Assembly (NCBI RefSeq): GCF_009914755.1
Contig: NC_060939.1
Length of the DNA: 64,000 nt
From: the human T2T-CHM13v2.0 reference genome, Homo sapiens
Reading direction: 5' to 3' (one strand)
Position numbers and translations under genes: made by a program. Positions 25,901-41,216 of this stretch are shown here, piece after piece (the first letter of the stretch is position 1; each line of letters begins with the position of its first letter). The notes below the pieces were generated by a model, which worked only from the letters and a program-made list of their open reading frames with translations, did not search any database and was not told the DNA's origin.

Positions 25901-28900
25901 GCTTTTGAGTCCATTCTATATGATTCCATTCCATTCAAGTCCATTACATTTGGTTCAATTCCATTCCATTCCATTCCCTTCCATTCCATTCCAGTTGATA
26001 TCAATCCATTCGATTCCATTCCATTCGAGCACATTCCATTCGAGTCCATTCCATTCGATGCCATTCCATTTGATTCTATTCCATTAGTCTCCATTCAATT
26101 CCATTAATCTCCATTCCATTCCATTCTACTCCAACTGATTCCATTCCATTCTATTCCTTTCCATTCCATTTCATTCCATTCCATTCCATTCCATTCCATT
26201 CGCTTCCATTCCATTCATGTCCATTGCATTCCAGTCCATTCCATTTGTGTCCACTGCATTCCATTCCACTCCATTCCATATTATTCCATTACACTCCATT
26301 CCATTCTATTACTTTCATTTCCATTGAATTCCATTCCATTTGATTCCATTCCACTCGGTTTCATTCCATTTGAGTCCACTCCACTCCATTCCATTCCATT
26401 CCATTCCATTCAGTTCCATTCCATTCTGTTCCATTCCATTCCGTTCCATTGCATTCCATTCCATTCGGTACCATTCCATATTGTTCCATTCGATTCCATT
26501 CGAATCCATTCCATTCCAGTCCATTCCATTCGATTCCATTCCATTCCTTTCAATTCTATTCCATTCCATTCCATTCCACTTGATTCCACTCCATTCCCTT
26601 CCACTGCATTCCATTGCATTGCATTCCATTCCATTGGACTGCATTCCATTCGATTCCATTCCATTCGAATCAATTACATAGCAATCCATTACATTCGAGT
26701 CTATTCTATTCCGTTCCATTCGATTTCGTTCCAATCCATTCGATTCCATTCCATTCGATTCCATTCCATACTATTGCATTCCATTCGATTACATTATATT
26801 CGAATAAGTTCCATTCAAGACCATTTCTTTTGAGTCCATTCTATTTGAGTCCATTCCCTTTGATTCCATAACATTTGAGTCCATTCAATTCCATTCCTTT
26901 CGTTTCCATTCCATTTGATGCCATTCCATTCAATTCTGTTCTACTCGACTCCAATACATTCAATTCCATTCCATCCGATTCCATTACATTCTTTTCATTT
27001 CTTATCCATTTCAAGCCATTCCACTCCATTCCATTCCACTCGTTTCCTTTCCATTCGAGTCCATTCCTCTCCAGTCCATTCCGTTCAATCCATTCCATTC
27101 CAGTCCATTCCATTCGAGTCCGTTCCATTCCAGTCCATTCCATTCGAGTCAATTCCATCCCATTCGATGTCTTTCCATAACGATCCATTCCATTCTATTC
27201 CTTTCGATTCCATTCCATTCTATTTCATTCCATTCGATTCCCTTCCATTGGACTCCTTTCCATTCGAGTGCATTCCATTCCGTTCCATTTCTTTCCGTTC
27301 TGTACGATTCCTACCGTTCGATTTCATTTTCTTCCAGTCTATTCTTTCGCGTCCATTCCATTCTATTTCACTCCATTCGATTCCATTCCACTCGATTCCA
27401 CTTCGTTCCATTTCATTGCATTCCATTCTATTCAACTCTATTGCCTTCCATTCCATTCCATTCGATTACATTTCTTGCGATTCCATTCGAAATCAAATCA
27501 ATTACATTGCAATCCATTACTATTGAGTCCGTTTTATTCCAGTCCACTGCATTCTGGTCCATTCCATTTGATTCCATTCCATTCTATTCCATTCCATACA
27601 GTTGCATTCCATTGGATTCCATGCTATATCTATAAATTCAATTCGAGACCATTGCTTTTGAGTCCATTCTATATGATTCCATTCCATTCAAGTCCATTAC
27701 ATTTGGTTAAATTCCATTCCATTCGGTTCAATTCCATTCCATTCCATTCCCTTCCATTCCATTCCAGTTGATATCAATCCATTCGATTCCATTCCATTCG
27801 AGTACATTCCATTCGAGTCCATTCCATTCGATGCCATTCCATTTGATTCTATTCCATTAGTCTCCATTCAATTCCATTAATCTCCATTCCATTCCATTCT
27901 ACTCCAACTGATTCCATTCCATTCTATTCCTTTCCATTCCATTTCATTCCATTCCATTCCATTCCATTCCATTCCATTCCATTCGTGTCCATTCCACTCC
28001 AGTCCATTCCATTCGTATCCATTCCATTCCAGTCCATTCCATTTGTGTCCACTGCATTCCATTCCACTCCATTCCATATTATTCCATTACACTCCATTCC
28101 ATTCTATTACTTTCATTTCCATTCAATTCCATTCCATTTGATTCCATTCCACTCGGTTTCATTCCATTTGAGTCCACTCCATTCCATTCCATTCCATTCA
28201 GTTCCATTCCATTCTGTTCCATTCCATTCCGTTCCATTACATTCCATTCCATTCGGTACCATTCCATATTGTTCCATTCGATTCCATTCGAATCCATTCC
28301 ATTCCAGTCCATTCCATTCGATTCCATTCCATTCATTTCAATTCCATTCCATTCCATTCCATTACATTCCACTTGATTCCTCTCCATTCCCTTCCACTGC
28401 ATTCCGTTCGATTCCATTCCATTGCATTGCATTCCATTCCATTGGATTGCATTCCATTCGATTCCATTCCATTCGAATCAATTACATAGCAATCCATTAC
28501 ATTCGAGTCTATTCTCTTCCGTTCCATTCGATTTCGTTCCAATCCATTCGATTCCATTCCATTCGATTCCATTCCATACTATTGCATTCCATTCGATTAC
28601 ATTATATTCGAATAAGTTCCATTCAAGACCATTTCTTTTGAGTCCATTCTATTTGAGTCCATTCCCTTTGATTCCATAACATTTGAGTCCATTCAATTCC
28701 ATTCCTTTCGTTTCCATTCCATTTGATGCCATTCCATTCAATTCTGTTCTACTCGACTCCAATACATTCAATTCCATTCCATCCGATTCCATTACATTCT
28801 TTTCATTTCTTATCCATTTCAAGCCATTCCACTCCATTCCATTCCACTCGTTTCCTTTCCATTCGAGTCCATTCCTCTCCAGTCCATTCCGTTCAATCCA

Positions 28901-30451
28901 TTCCATTCCAGTCCATTCCATTCGAGTCCGTTCCATTCCAGTCCATTCCATTCGAGTCAATTCCATTCCATTCGATGTCTTTCCATAACGATCCATTCCA
29001 TTCTATTCCTTTCGATTCCATTCCATTCTATTTCATTCCATTCGATTCCCTTCCATTGGACTCCTTTCCATTCGAGTGCATTCCATTCCGTTCCATTTCT
29101 TTCCGTTCTGTACGATTCCTACCGTTCGATTTCATTTTGTTCCAGTCCATTCTTTCGCGTCCATTCCATTCCATTTCACTCCATTCGATTCCATTCCACT
29201 CGATTCCACTTCGTTCCATTTCATTGCATTCCATTCTATTCAACTCTATTGCCTTCCATTCCATTCCATTCGATTACATTCCATGCGATTCCATTCGAAA
29301 TCGAATCAATTACATTGCAATCCATTACTATTGAGTCCGTTTTATTCCAGTCCACTGCATTCTGGTCCATTCCATTTGATTCCATTCCATTCTATTCCAT
29401 TCCATACAGTTGCATTCCATTGGATTCCATGCTATATCTATAAATTCAATTCGAGACCATTGCTTTTGAGTCCATTCTATATGATTCCATTCCATTCAAG
29501 TCCATTACATTTGGTTAAATTCCATTCCATTCGGTTCAATTCCATTCCATTCCATTCCCTTCCATTCCATTCCAGTTGATATCAATCCATTCGATTCCAT
29601 TCCATTCGAGCACATTCCATTCGAGTCCATTCCATTCGATGCCATTCCATTTGATTCTATTCCATTAGTCTCCATTCAATTCCATTAATCTCCATTCCAT
29701 TCCATTCTACTCCAACTGATTCCATTCCATTCTATTCCTTTTTATTCCATTTCATTCCATTCCATTCCATTCCATTCCATTCCATTCGTGTCCATTCCAC
29801 TCCAGTCCATTCCATTCGTATCCATTCCATTCCAGTCCATTCCATTTGTGTCCACTGCATTCCATTCCACTCCATTCCATATTATTCCATTACACTCCAT
29901 TCCATTCTATTACTTTCATTTCCATTCAATTCCATTCCATTTGATTCCACTCCACTCGGTTTCATTCCATTTGAGGCCACTCCATTCCATTCCATTCCAT
30001 TCAGTTCCATTCCATTCTGTTCCATTCCATTCCGTTCCATTACATTCCATTCCATTCGGTACCATTCCATATTGTTCCATTCGATTCCATTCGAATCCAT
30101 TCCATTCCAGTCCATTCCATTCGATTCCATTCCATTCATTTCAATTCAATTCCATTCCATTCCATTACATTCCACTTGATTCCTCTCCATTCCCTTCCAC
30201 TGCATTCCGTTCGATTCCATTCCATTGCATTACATTCCATTCCATTGGATTGCATTCCATTCGATTCCATTCCATTCGAATCAATTACATAGCAATCCAT
30301 TACATTCGAGTCTATTCTCTTCCGTTCCATTCGATTTCGTTCCAATCCATTCGATTCCATTCCATTCGATTCCATTCCATACTATTGCATTCCATTCGAT
30401 TACATTATATTCGAATAAGTTCCATTCAAGACCATTTCTTTTGAGTCCATT

Positions 30452-33400
30452 CTATTTGAGTCCATTCCCTTTGATTCCATAACATTTGAGTCCATTCAAT
30501 TCCATTCCTTTCGTTTCCATTCCATTTGATGCCATTCCATTCAATTCTGTTCTACTCGACTCCAATACATTCAATTCCATTCCATCCGATTCCATTACAT
30601 TCTTTTCATTTCTTATCCATTTCAAGCCATTCCACTCCATTCCATTCCACTCGTTTCCTTTCCATTCGAGTCCATTCCTCTCCAGTCCATTCCGTTCAAT
30701 CCATTCCATTCCAGTCCATTCCATTCGAGTCCGTTCCATTCCAGTCCATTCCATTCGAGTCAATTCCATTCCATTCGATGTCTTTCCATAACGATCCATT
30801 CCATTCTATTCCTTTCGATTCCATTCTATTCTATTTCATTCCATTCGATTCCCTTCCATTGGACTCCTTTCCATTCGAGTGCATTCCATTCCGTTCCATT
30901 TCTTTCCGTTCTGTACGATTCCTACCGTTCAATTTCATTTGGTTCCAGTCCATTCTTTCGCGTCCATTCCATTCCATTTCACTCCATTCGATTCCATTCC
31001 ACTCGATTCCACTTCGTTCCATTTCATTGCATTCCATTCTATTCAACTCTATTGCCTTCCATTCCATTCCATTCGATTACATTCCATGCGATTCCATTCG
31101 AAATCGAATCAATTACATTGCAATCCATTACTATTGAGTCCGTTTTATTCCAGTCCACTGCATTCTGGTCCATTCCATTTGATTCCATTCCATTCTATTC
31201 CATTCCATACTGTTGCATTCCATTGGATTCCATGCTATATCTATAAATTCAATTCGAGACCATTGCTTTTGAGTCCATTCTATATGATTCCATTCCATTC
31301 AAGTCCATTACATTTGGTTAAATTCCATTCCATTCGGTTCAATTCCATTCCATTCCATTCCCTTCCATTCCATTCCAGTTGATATCAATCCATTCGATTC
31401 CATTCCATTCGAGCACATTCCATTCGAGTCCATTCCATTCGATGCCATTCCATTTGATTCTATTCCATTAGTCTCCATTCAATTCCATTAATCTCCATTC
31501 CATTCCATTCTACTCCAACTGATTCCATTCCATTCTATTCCTTTTTATTCCATTTCATTCCATTCCATTCCATTCCATTCCATTCCATTCGTGTCCATTC
31601 CACTCCAGTCCATTCCATTCGTATCCATTCCATTCCAGTCCATTCCATTTGTGTCCACTGCATTCGATTCCACTCCATTCCATATTATTCCATTACACTC
31701 CATTCCATTCTATTACTTTCATTTCCATTCAATTCCATTCCATTTGATTCCATTCCACTCGGTTTCATTCCATTTGAGTCCACTCCATTCCATTCCATTC
31801 CATTCAGTTCCATTCCATTCTGTTCCATTCCATTCCGTTCCATTACATTCCATTCCATTCGGTACCATTCCATATTGTTCCATTCGATTCCATTCGAATC
31901 CATTCCATTCCAGTCCATTCCATTCGATTCCATTCCATTCATTTCAATTCCATTCCATTCCATTCCATTACATTCCACTTGATTCCTCTCCATTCCCTTC
32001 CACTGCATTCCGTTCGATTCCATTCCATTGCATTGCATTCCATTCCATTGGATTGCATTCCATTCGATTCCATTCCATTCGAATCAATTACATAGCAATC
32101 CATTACATTCGAGTCTATTCTCTTCCGTTCCATTCGATTTCGTTCCAATCCATTCGATTCCATTCCTTTCGATTCCATTCCATACTATTGCATTCCATTC
32201 GATTACATTATATTCGAATAAGTTCCATTCAAGACCATTTCTTTTGAGTCCATTCTATTTGAGTCCATTCCCTTTGATTCCATAACATTTGAGTCCATTC
32301 AATTCCATTCCTTTCGTTTCCATTCCATTTGATGCCATTCCATTCAATTCTGTTCTACTCGACTCCAATACATTCAATTCCATTCCATCCGATTCCATTA
32401 CATTCTTTTCATTTCTTATCCATTTCAAGCCATTCCACTCCATTCCATTCCACTCGTTTCCTTTCCATTCGAGTCCATTCCTCTCCAGTCCATTCCGTTC
32501 AATCCATTCCATTCCAGTCCATTCCATTCGAGTCCGTTCCATTCCAGTCCATTCCATTCGAGTCAATTCCATTCCATTCGATGTCTTTCCATAACGATCC
32601 ATTCCATTCTATTCCTTTCGATTCCATTCCATTCTATTTCATTCCATTCGATTCCCTTCCATTGGACTCCTTTCCATTCGAGTGCATTCCATTCCGTTCC
32701 ATTTCTTTCCGTTCTGTACGATTCCTACCGTTCGATTTCATTTTGTTCCAGTCCATTCTTTCGCGTCCATTCCATTCCATTTCACTCCATTCGATTCCAT
32801 TCCACTCGATTCCACTTCGTTCCATTTCATTGCATTCCATTCTATTCAACTCTATTGCCTTCCATTCCATTCCATTCGATTACATTCCATGCGATTCCAT
32901 TCGAAATCGAATCAATTACATTGCAATCCATTACTATTGAGTCCGTTTTATTCCAGTCCACTGCATTCTGGTCCATTCCATTTGATTCCATTCCATTCTA
33001 TTCCATTCCATACAGTTGCATTCCATTGGATTCCATGCTATATCTATAAATTCAATTCGAGACCATTGCTTTTGAGTCCATTCTATATGATTCCATTCCA
33101 TTCAAGTCCATTACATTTGGTTAAATTCCATTCCATTCGGTTCAACTCCATTCCATTCCATTCCCTTCCATTCCATTCCAGTTGATATCAATCCATTCGA
33201 TTCCATTCCATTCGAGCACATTCCATTCGAGTCCATTCCATTCGATGCCATTCCATTTGATTCTATTCCATTAGTCTCCATTCAATTCCATTAATCTCCA
33301 TTCCATTCCATTCTACTCCAACTGATTCCATTCCATTCTATTCCTTTCCATTCCATTTCATTCCATTCCATTCCATTCCATTCCATTCCATTCCATTCCA

Positions 33401-36400
33401 TTCCATTCGTGTCCATTCCACTCCAGTCCATTCCATTCGTATCCATTCCATTCCAGTCCATTCCATTTGTGTCCACTGCATTCCATTCCACTCCATTCTA
33501 TATTATACCATTACACTCCATTCCATTCTATTACTTTCATTTCCATTCAATTCCATTCCATTTGATTCCATTCCACTCGGTTTCATTCCATTTGAGTCCA
33601 CTCCATTCCATTCCATTCCATTCAGTTCCATTCCATTCTGTTCCATTCCATTCCGTTCCATTACATTCCATTCCATTCGGTACCATTCCATATTGTTCCA
33701 TTCGATTCCATTCGAATCCATTCCATTCCAGTCCATTCCATTCGATTCCATTCCATTCATTTCAATTCCATTCCATTCCATTCCATTCCATTCCACTTGA
33801 TTCCTCTCCATTCCCTTCCACTGCATTCCGTTCGATTCCATTCCATTGCATTGCATTCCATTCCATTGGATTGCATTCCATTCGATTCCATTCCATTCGA
33901 ATCAATTACATAGCAATCCATTACATTCGAGTCTATTCTCTTCCGTTCCATTCGATTTCGTTCCAATCCATTCGATTCCATTCCATTCGATTCCATTCCA
34001 TACTATTGCATTCCATTCGATTACATTATATTCGAATAAGTTCCATTCAAGACCATTTCTTTTGAGTCCATTCTATTTGAGTCCATTCCCTTTGATTCCA
34101 TAACATTTGAGTCCATTCAATTCCATTCCTTTCGTTTCCATTCCATTTGATGCCATTCCATTCAATTCTGTTCTACTCGACTCCAATACATTCAATTCCA
34201 TTCCATCCGATTCCATTACATTCTTTTCATTTCTTATCCATTTCAAGCCATTCCACTCCATTCCATTCCACTCGTTTCCTTTCCATTCGAGTCCATTCCT
34301 CTCCAGTCCATTCCGTTCAATCCATTCCATTCCAGTCCATTCCATTCGAGTCCGTTCCATTCCAGTCCATTCCATTCGAGTCAATTCCATCCCATTCGAT
34401 GTCTTTCCATAACGATCCATTCCATTCTATTCCTTTCGATTCCATTCCATTCTATTTCATTCCATTCGATTCCCTTCCATTGGACTCCTTTCCATTCGAG
34501 TGCATTCCATTCCGTTCCATTTCTTTCCGTTCTGTACGATTCCTACCGTTCGATTTCATTTTGTTCCAGTCCATTCCTTTCGCGTCCATTCCATTCCATT
34601 TCACTCCATTCGATTCCATTCCACTCGATTCCACTTCGTTCCATTTCATTGCATTCCATTCTATTCAAATCTATTGCCTTCCATTCCATTCCATTCGATT
34701 ACATTCCATGCGATTCCATTCGAAATCGAATCAATTACATTGCAATCCATTACTATTGAGTCCATTTTATTCCAGTCCACTGCATTCTGGTCCATTCCAT
34801 TTGATTCCATTCCATTCTATTCCATTCCATACAGTTGCATTCCATTGGATTCCAATCTATATCTATAAATTCAATTCGAGACCATTGCTTTTGAGTCCAT
34901 TCTATATGATTCCATTCCATTCAAGTCCATTACATTTGGTTCAATTCCATTCCATTCCATTCCCTTCCATTCCATTCCAGTTGATATCAATCCATTCGAT
35001 TCCATTCCATTCGAGCACATTCCATTCGAGTCCATTCCATTCGATGCCATTCCATTTGATTCTATTCCATTAGTCTCCATTCAATTCCATTAATCTCCAT
35101 TCCATTCCATTCTACTCCAACTGATTCCATTCCATTCTATTCCTTTCCATTCCATTTCATTCCATTCCATTCCATTTCATTCCATTCCATTCCATTCGTG
35201 TCCATTCCACTCCAGTCCATTCCATTCGTGTCCATTCCATTCCAGTCCATTCCATTTGTGTCCACTGCATTCCATTCCACTCCATTCCATATTATTCCAT
35301 TACACTCCATTCCATTCTATTACTTTCATTTCCATTCAATTCCATTCCATTTGATTCCATTCCACTCGGTTTCATTACATTTGAGTCCACTCCATTCCAT
35401 TCCATTAAATTCCATTCAGTTCCATTCCATTCCGTTCCATTACATTCCATTCCATTCGATACCATTCCATATTGTTCCATTCGATTCCATTCGAATCCAT
35501 TCCATTCCAGTCCATTCCATTCGATTCCATTCCATTCATTTCAATTCCATTCCATTCCATTCCATTCCATTCCACTTGATTCCTCTCCATTCCCTTCCAC
35601 TGCATTCCGTTCGATTCCATTCCATTGCATTGCATTCCATTCCATTGGATTGCATTCCATTCGATTCCTTTCCATTCGAATCAATTACATAGCAATCCAT
35701 TACATTCGAGTCTATTCTATTCCGTTCCATTCGATTTCGTTCCAATCCATTGGATTCCATTCCATTCGATTCCATTCCATACTATTGCATTCCATTCGAT
35801 TACATTATATTCGAATAAGTTCCATTCAAGACCATTTCTTTTGAGTCCATTCTATTTGAGTCCATTCCCTTTGATTCCATAACATTTGAGTCCATTCAAT
35901 TCCATTCCTTTCGTTTCCATTCCATTTGATGCCATTCCATTCAATTCTGTTCTACTCGACTCCAATACATTCAATTCCATTCCATCCGATTCCATTACAT
36001 TCTTTTCATTTCTTATCCATTTCAAGCCATTCCACTCCATTCCATTCCACTCGTTTCCTTTCCATTCGAGTCCATTCCTCTCCAGTCCATTCCGTTCAAT
36101 CCATTCCATTCCAGTCCATTCCATTCGAGTCCGTTCCATTCCAGTCCATTCCATTCGAGTCAATTCCATCCCATTCGATGTCTTTCCATAACGATCCATT
36201 CCATTCTATTCCTTTCGATTCCATTCCATTCTATTTCATTCCATTCGATTCCCTTCCATTGGACTCCTTTCCATTCGAGTGCATTCCATTCCGTTCCATT
36301 TCTTTCCGTTCTGTACGATTCCTACCGTTCGATTTCATTTTGTTCCAGTCCATTCCTTTCGCGTCCATTCCATTCCATTTCACTCCATTCGATTCCATTC

Positions 36401-39400
36401 CACTCGATTCCACTTCGTTCCATTTCATTGCATTCCATTCTATTCAACTCTATTGTCTTCCATTCCATTCCATTCGATTACATTCCATGCGATTCCATTC
36501 GAAATCGAATCAATTACATTGCAATCCATTACTATTGAGTCCGTTTTATTCCAGTCCACTGCATTCTGGTCCATTCCATTTGATTCCATTCCATTCTATT
36601 CCATTCCATACAGTTGCATTCCATTGGATTCCATTGTATATCTATAAATTCAATTCGAGACCATTGCTTTTGAGTCCATTCTATATGATTCCATTCCATT
36701 CAAGTCCATTACATTTGGTTCAATTCCATTCCATTCCATTCCCTTCCATTCCATTCCAGTTGATATCAATCCATTCGATTCCATTCCATTCGAGCACATT
36801 CCATTCGAGTCCATTCCATTCGATGCCATTCCATTTGATTCTATTCCATTAGTCTCCATTCAATTCCATTAATCTCCATTCCATTCCATTCTACTCCAAC
36901 TGATTCCATTCCATTCTATTCCTTTCCATTCCATTTCATTCCATTCCATTCCATTCCATTCCATTCGCTTCCATTCCATTCATGTCCATTGCATTCCAGT
37001 CCATTCCATTTGTGTCCACTGCATTCCATTCCACTCCATTCCATATTATTCCATTACACTCCATTCCATTCTATTACTTTCATTTCCATTGAATTCCATT
37101 CCATTTGATTCCATTCCACTCGGTTTCATTCCATTTGAGTCCACTCCACTCCATTCCATTCCATTCCATTCCATTCAGTTCCATTCCATTCTGTTCCATT
37201 CCATTCCGTTCCATTGCATTCCATTCCATTCGGTACCATTCCATATTGTTCCATTCGATTCCATTCGAATCCATTCCATTCCAGTCCATTCCATTCGATT
37301 CCATTCCATTCCTTTCAATTCTATTCCATTCCATTCCATTCCACTTGATTCCACTCCATTCCCTTCCACTGCATTCCATTGCATTGCATTCCATTCCATT
37401 GGACTGCATTCCATTCGATTCCATTCCATTCGAATCAATTACATAGCAATCCATTACATTCGAGTCTATTCTATTCCGTTCCATTCGATTTCGTTCCAAT
37501 CCATTCGATTCCATTCCATTCGATTCCATTCCATACTATTGCATTCCATTCGATTACATTATATTCGAATAAGTTCCATTCAAGACCATTTCTTTTGAGT
37601 CCATTCTATTTGAGTCCATTCCCTTTGATTCCATAACATTTGAGTCCATTCAATTCCATTCCTTTCGTTTCCATTCCATTTGATGCCATTCCATTCAATT
37701 CTGTTCTACTCGACTCCAATACATTCAATTCCATTCCATCCGATTCCATTACATTCTTTTCATTTCTTATCCATTTCAAGCCATTCCACTCCATTCCATT
37801 CCACTCGTTTCCTTTCCATTCGAGTCCATTCCTCTCCAGTCCATTCCGTTCAATCCATTCCATTCCAGTCCATTCCATTCGAGTCCGTTCCATTCCAGTC
37901 CATTCCATTCGAGTCAATTCCATCCCATTCGATGTCTTTCCATAACGATCCATTCCATTCTATTCCTTTCGATTCCATTCCATTCTATTTCATTCCATTC
38001 GATTCCCTTCCATTGGACTCCTTTCCATTCGAGTGCATTCCATTCCGTTCCATTTCTTTCCGTTCTGTACGATTCCTACCGTTCGATTTCATTTTCTTCC
38101 AGTCCATTCTTTCGCGTCCATTCCATTCCATTTCACTCCATTCGATTCCATTCCACTCGATTCCACTTCGTTCCATTTCATTGCATTCCATTCTATTCAA
38201 CTCTATTGCCTTCCATTCCATTCCATTCGATTACATTTCTTGCGATTCCATTTGAAATCAAATCAATTACATTGCAATCCATTACTATTGAGTCCGTTTT
38301 ATTCCAGTCCACTGCATTCTGGTCCATTCCATTTGATTCCATTCCATTCTATTCCATTCCATACAGTTGCATTCCATTGGATTCCATGCTATATCTATAA
38401 ATTCAATTCGAGACCATTGCTTTTGAGTCCATTCTATATGATTCCATTCCATTCAAGTCCATTACATTTGGTTAAATTCCATTCCATTCGGTTCAATTCC
38501 ATTCCATTCCATTCCCTTCCATTCCATTCCAGTTGATATCAATCCATTCGATTCCATTCCATTCGAGCACATTCCATTCGAGTCCATTCCATTCGATGCC
38601 ATTCCATTTGATTCTATTCCATTAGTCTCCATTCAATTCCATTAATCTCCATTCCATTCCATTCTACTCCAACTGATTCCATTCCATTCTATTCCTTTCC
38701 ATTCCATTTCATTCCATTCCATTCCATTCCATTCCATTCCATTCCATTCGTGTCCATTCCACTCCAGTCCATTCCATTCGTATCCATTCCATTCCAGTCC
38801 ATTCCATTTGTGTCCACTGCATTCCATTCCACTCCATTCCATATTATTCCATTACACTCCATTCCATTCTATTACTTTCATTTCCATTCAATTCCATTCC
38901 ATTTGATTCCATTCCACTCGGTTTCATTCCATTTGAGTCCACTCCATTCCATTCCATTCCATTCAGTTCCATTCCATTCTGTTCCATTCCATTCCGTTCC
39001 ATTACATTCCATTCCATTCGGTACCATTCCATATTGTTCCATTCGATTCCATTCGAATCCATTCCATTCCAGTCCATTCCATTCGATTCCATTCCATTCA
39101 TTTCAATTCCATTCCATTCCATTCCATTACATTCCACTTGATTCCTCTCCATTCCCTTCCACTGCATTCCGTTCGATTCCATTCCATTGCATTGCATTCC
39201 ATTCCATTGGATTGCATTCCATTCGATTCCATTCCATTCGAATCAATTACATAGCAATCCATTACATTCGAGTCTATTCTCTTCCGTTCCATTCGATTTC
39301 GTTCCAATCCATTCGATTCCATTCCATTCGATTCCATTCCATACTATTGCATTCCATTCGATTACATTATATTCGAATAAGTTCCATTCAAGACCATTTC

Positions 39401-41216
39401 TTTTGAGTCCATTCTATTTGAGTCCATTCCCTTTGATTCCATAACATTTGAGTCCATTCAATTCCATTCCTTTCGTTTCCATTCCATTTGATGCCATTCC
39501 ATTCAATTCTGTTCTACTCGACTCCAATACATTCAATTCCATTCCATCCGATTCCATTACATTCTTTTCATTTCTTATCCATTTCAAGCCATTCCACTCC
39601 ATTCCATTCCACTCGTTTCCTTTCCATTCGAGTCCATTCCTCTCCAGTCCATTCCGTTCAATCCATTCCATTCCAGTCCATTCCATTCGAGTCCGTTCCA
39701 TTCCAGTCCATTCCATTCGAGTCAATTCCATTCCATTCGATGTCTTTCCATAACGATCCATTCCATTCTATTCCTTTCGATTCCATTCCATTCTATTTCA
39801 TTCCATTCGATTCCCTTCCATTGGACTCCTTTCCATTCGAGTGCATTCCATTCCGTTCCATTTCTTTCCGTTCTGTACGATTCCTACCGTTCGATTTCAT
39901 TTTCTTCCAGTCCATTCTTTCGCGTCCATTCCATTCCATTTCACTCCATTCGATTCCATTCCACTCGATTCCACTTCGTTCCATTTCATTGCATTCCATT
40001 CTATTCAACTCTATTGCCTTCCATTCCATTCCATTCGATTACATTCCATGCGATTCCATTCGAAATCGAATCAATTACATTGCAATCCATTACTATTGAG
40101 TCCGTTTTATTCCAGTCCACTGCATTCTGGTCCATTCCATTTGATTCCATTCCATTCTATTCCATTCCATACAGTTGCATTCCATTGGATTCCATGCTAT
40201 ATCTATAAATTCAATTCGAGACCATTGCTTTTGAGTCCATTCTATATGATTCCATTCCATTCAAGTCCATTACATTTGGTTAAATTCCATTCCATTCGGT
40301 TCAATTCCATTCCATTCCATTCCCTTCCATTCCATTCCAGTTGATATCAATCCATTCGATTCCATTCCATTCGAGCACATTCCATTCGAGTCCATTCCAT
40401 TCGATGCCATTCCATTTGATTCTATTCCATTAGTCTCCATTCAATTCCATTAATCTCCATTCCATTCCATTCTACTCCAACTGATTCCATTCCATTCTAT
40501 TCCTTTTTATTCCATTTCATTCCATTCCATTCCATTCCATTCCATTCCATTCGTGTCCATTCCACTCCAGTCCATTCCATTCGTATCCATTCCATTCCAG
40601 TCCATTCCATTTGTGTCCACTGCATTCCATTCCACTCCATTCCATATTATTCCATTACACTCCATTCCATTCTATTACTTTCATTTCCATTCAATTCCAT
40701 TCCATTTGATTCCACTCCACTCGGTTTCATTCCATTTGAGTCCACTCCATTCCATTCCATTCCATTCAGTTCCATTCCATTCTGTTCCATTCCATTCCGT
40801 TCCATTACATTCCATTCCATTCGGTACCATTCCATATTGTTCCATTCGATTCCATTCGAATCCATTCCATTCCAGTCCATTCCATTCGATTCCATTCCAT
40901 TCATTTCAATTCCATTCCATTCCATTCCATTACATTCCACTTGATTCCTCTCCATTCCCTTCCACTGCATTCCGTTCGATTCCATTCCATTGCATTGCAT
41001 TCCATTCCATTGGATTGCATTCCATTCGATTCCATTCCATTCGAATCAATTACATAGCAATCCATTACATTCGAGTCTATTCTCTTCCGTTCCATTCGAT
41101 TTCGTTCCAATCCATTCGATTCCATTCCATTCGATTCCATTCCATACTATTGCATTCCATTCGATTACATTATATTCGAATAAGTTCCATTCAAGACCAT
41201 TTCTTTTGAGTCCATT
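30452..41216 (+). repeat. Six-unit super-repeat, 10,765 bp, copy B
   Basis: Landmarks 30452, 32255, 34073, 35852, 37606, 39414 and 41217 equal the copy A landmarks + 25,293, with the same diagnostic variants. Confidence 0.88.
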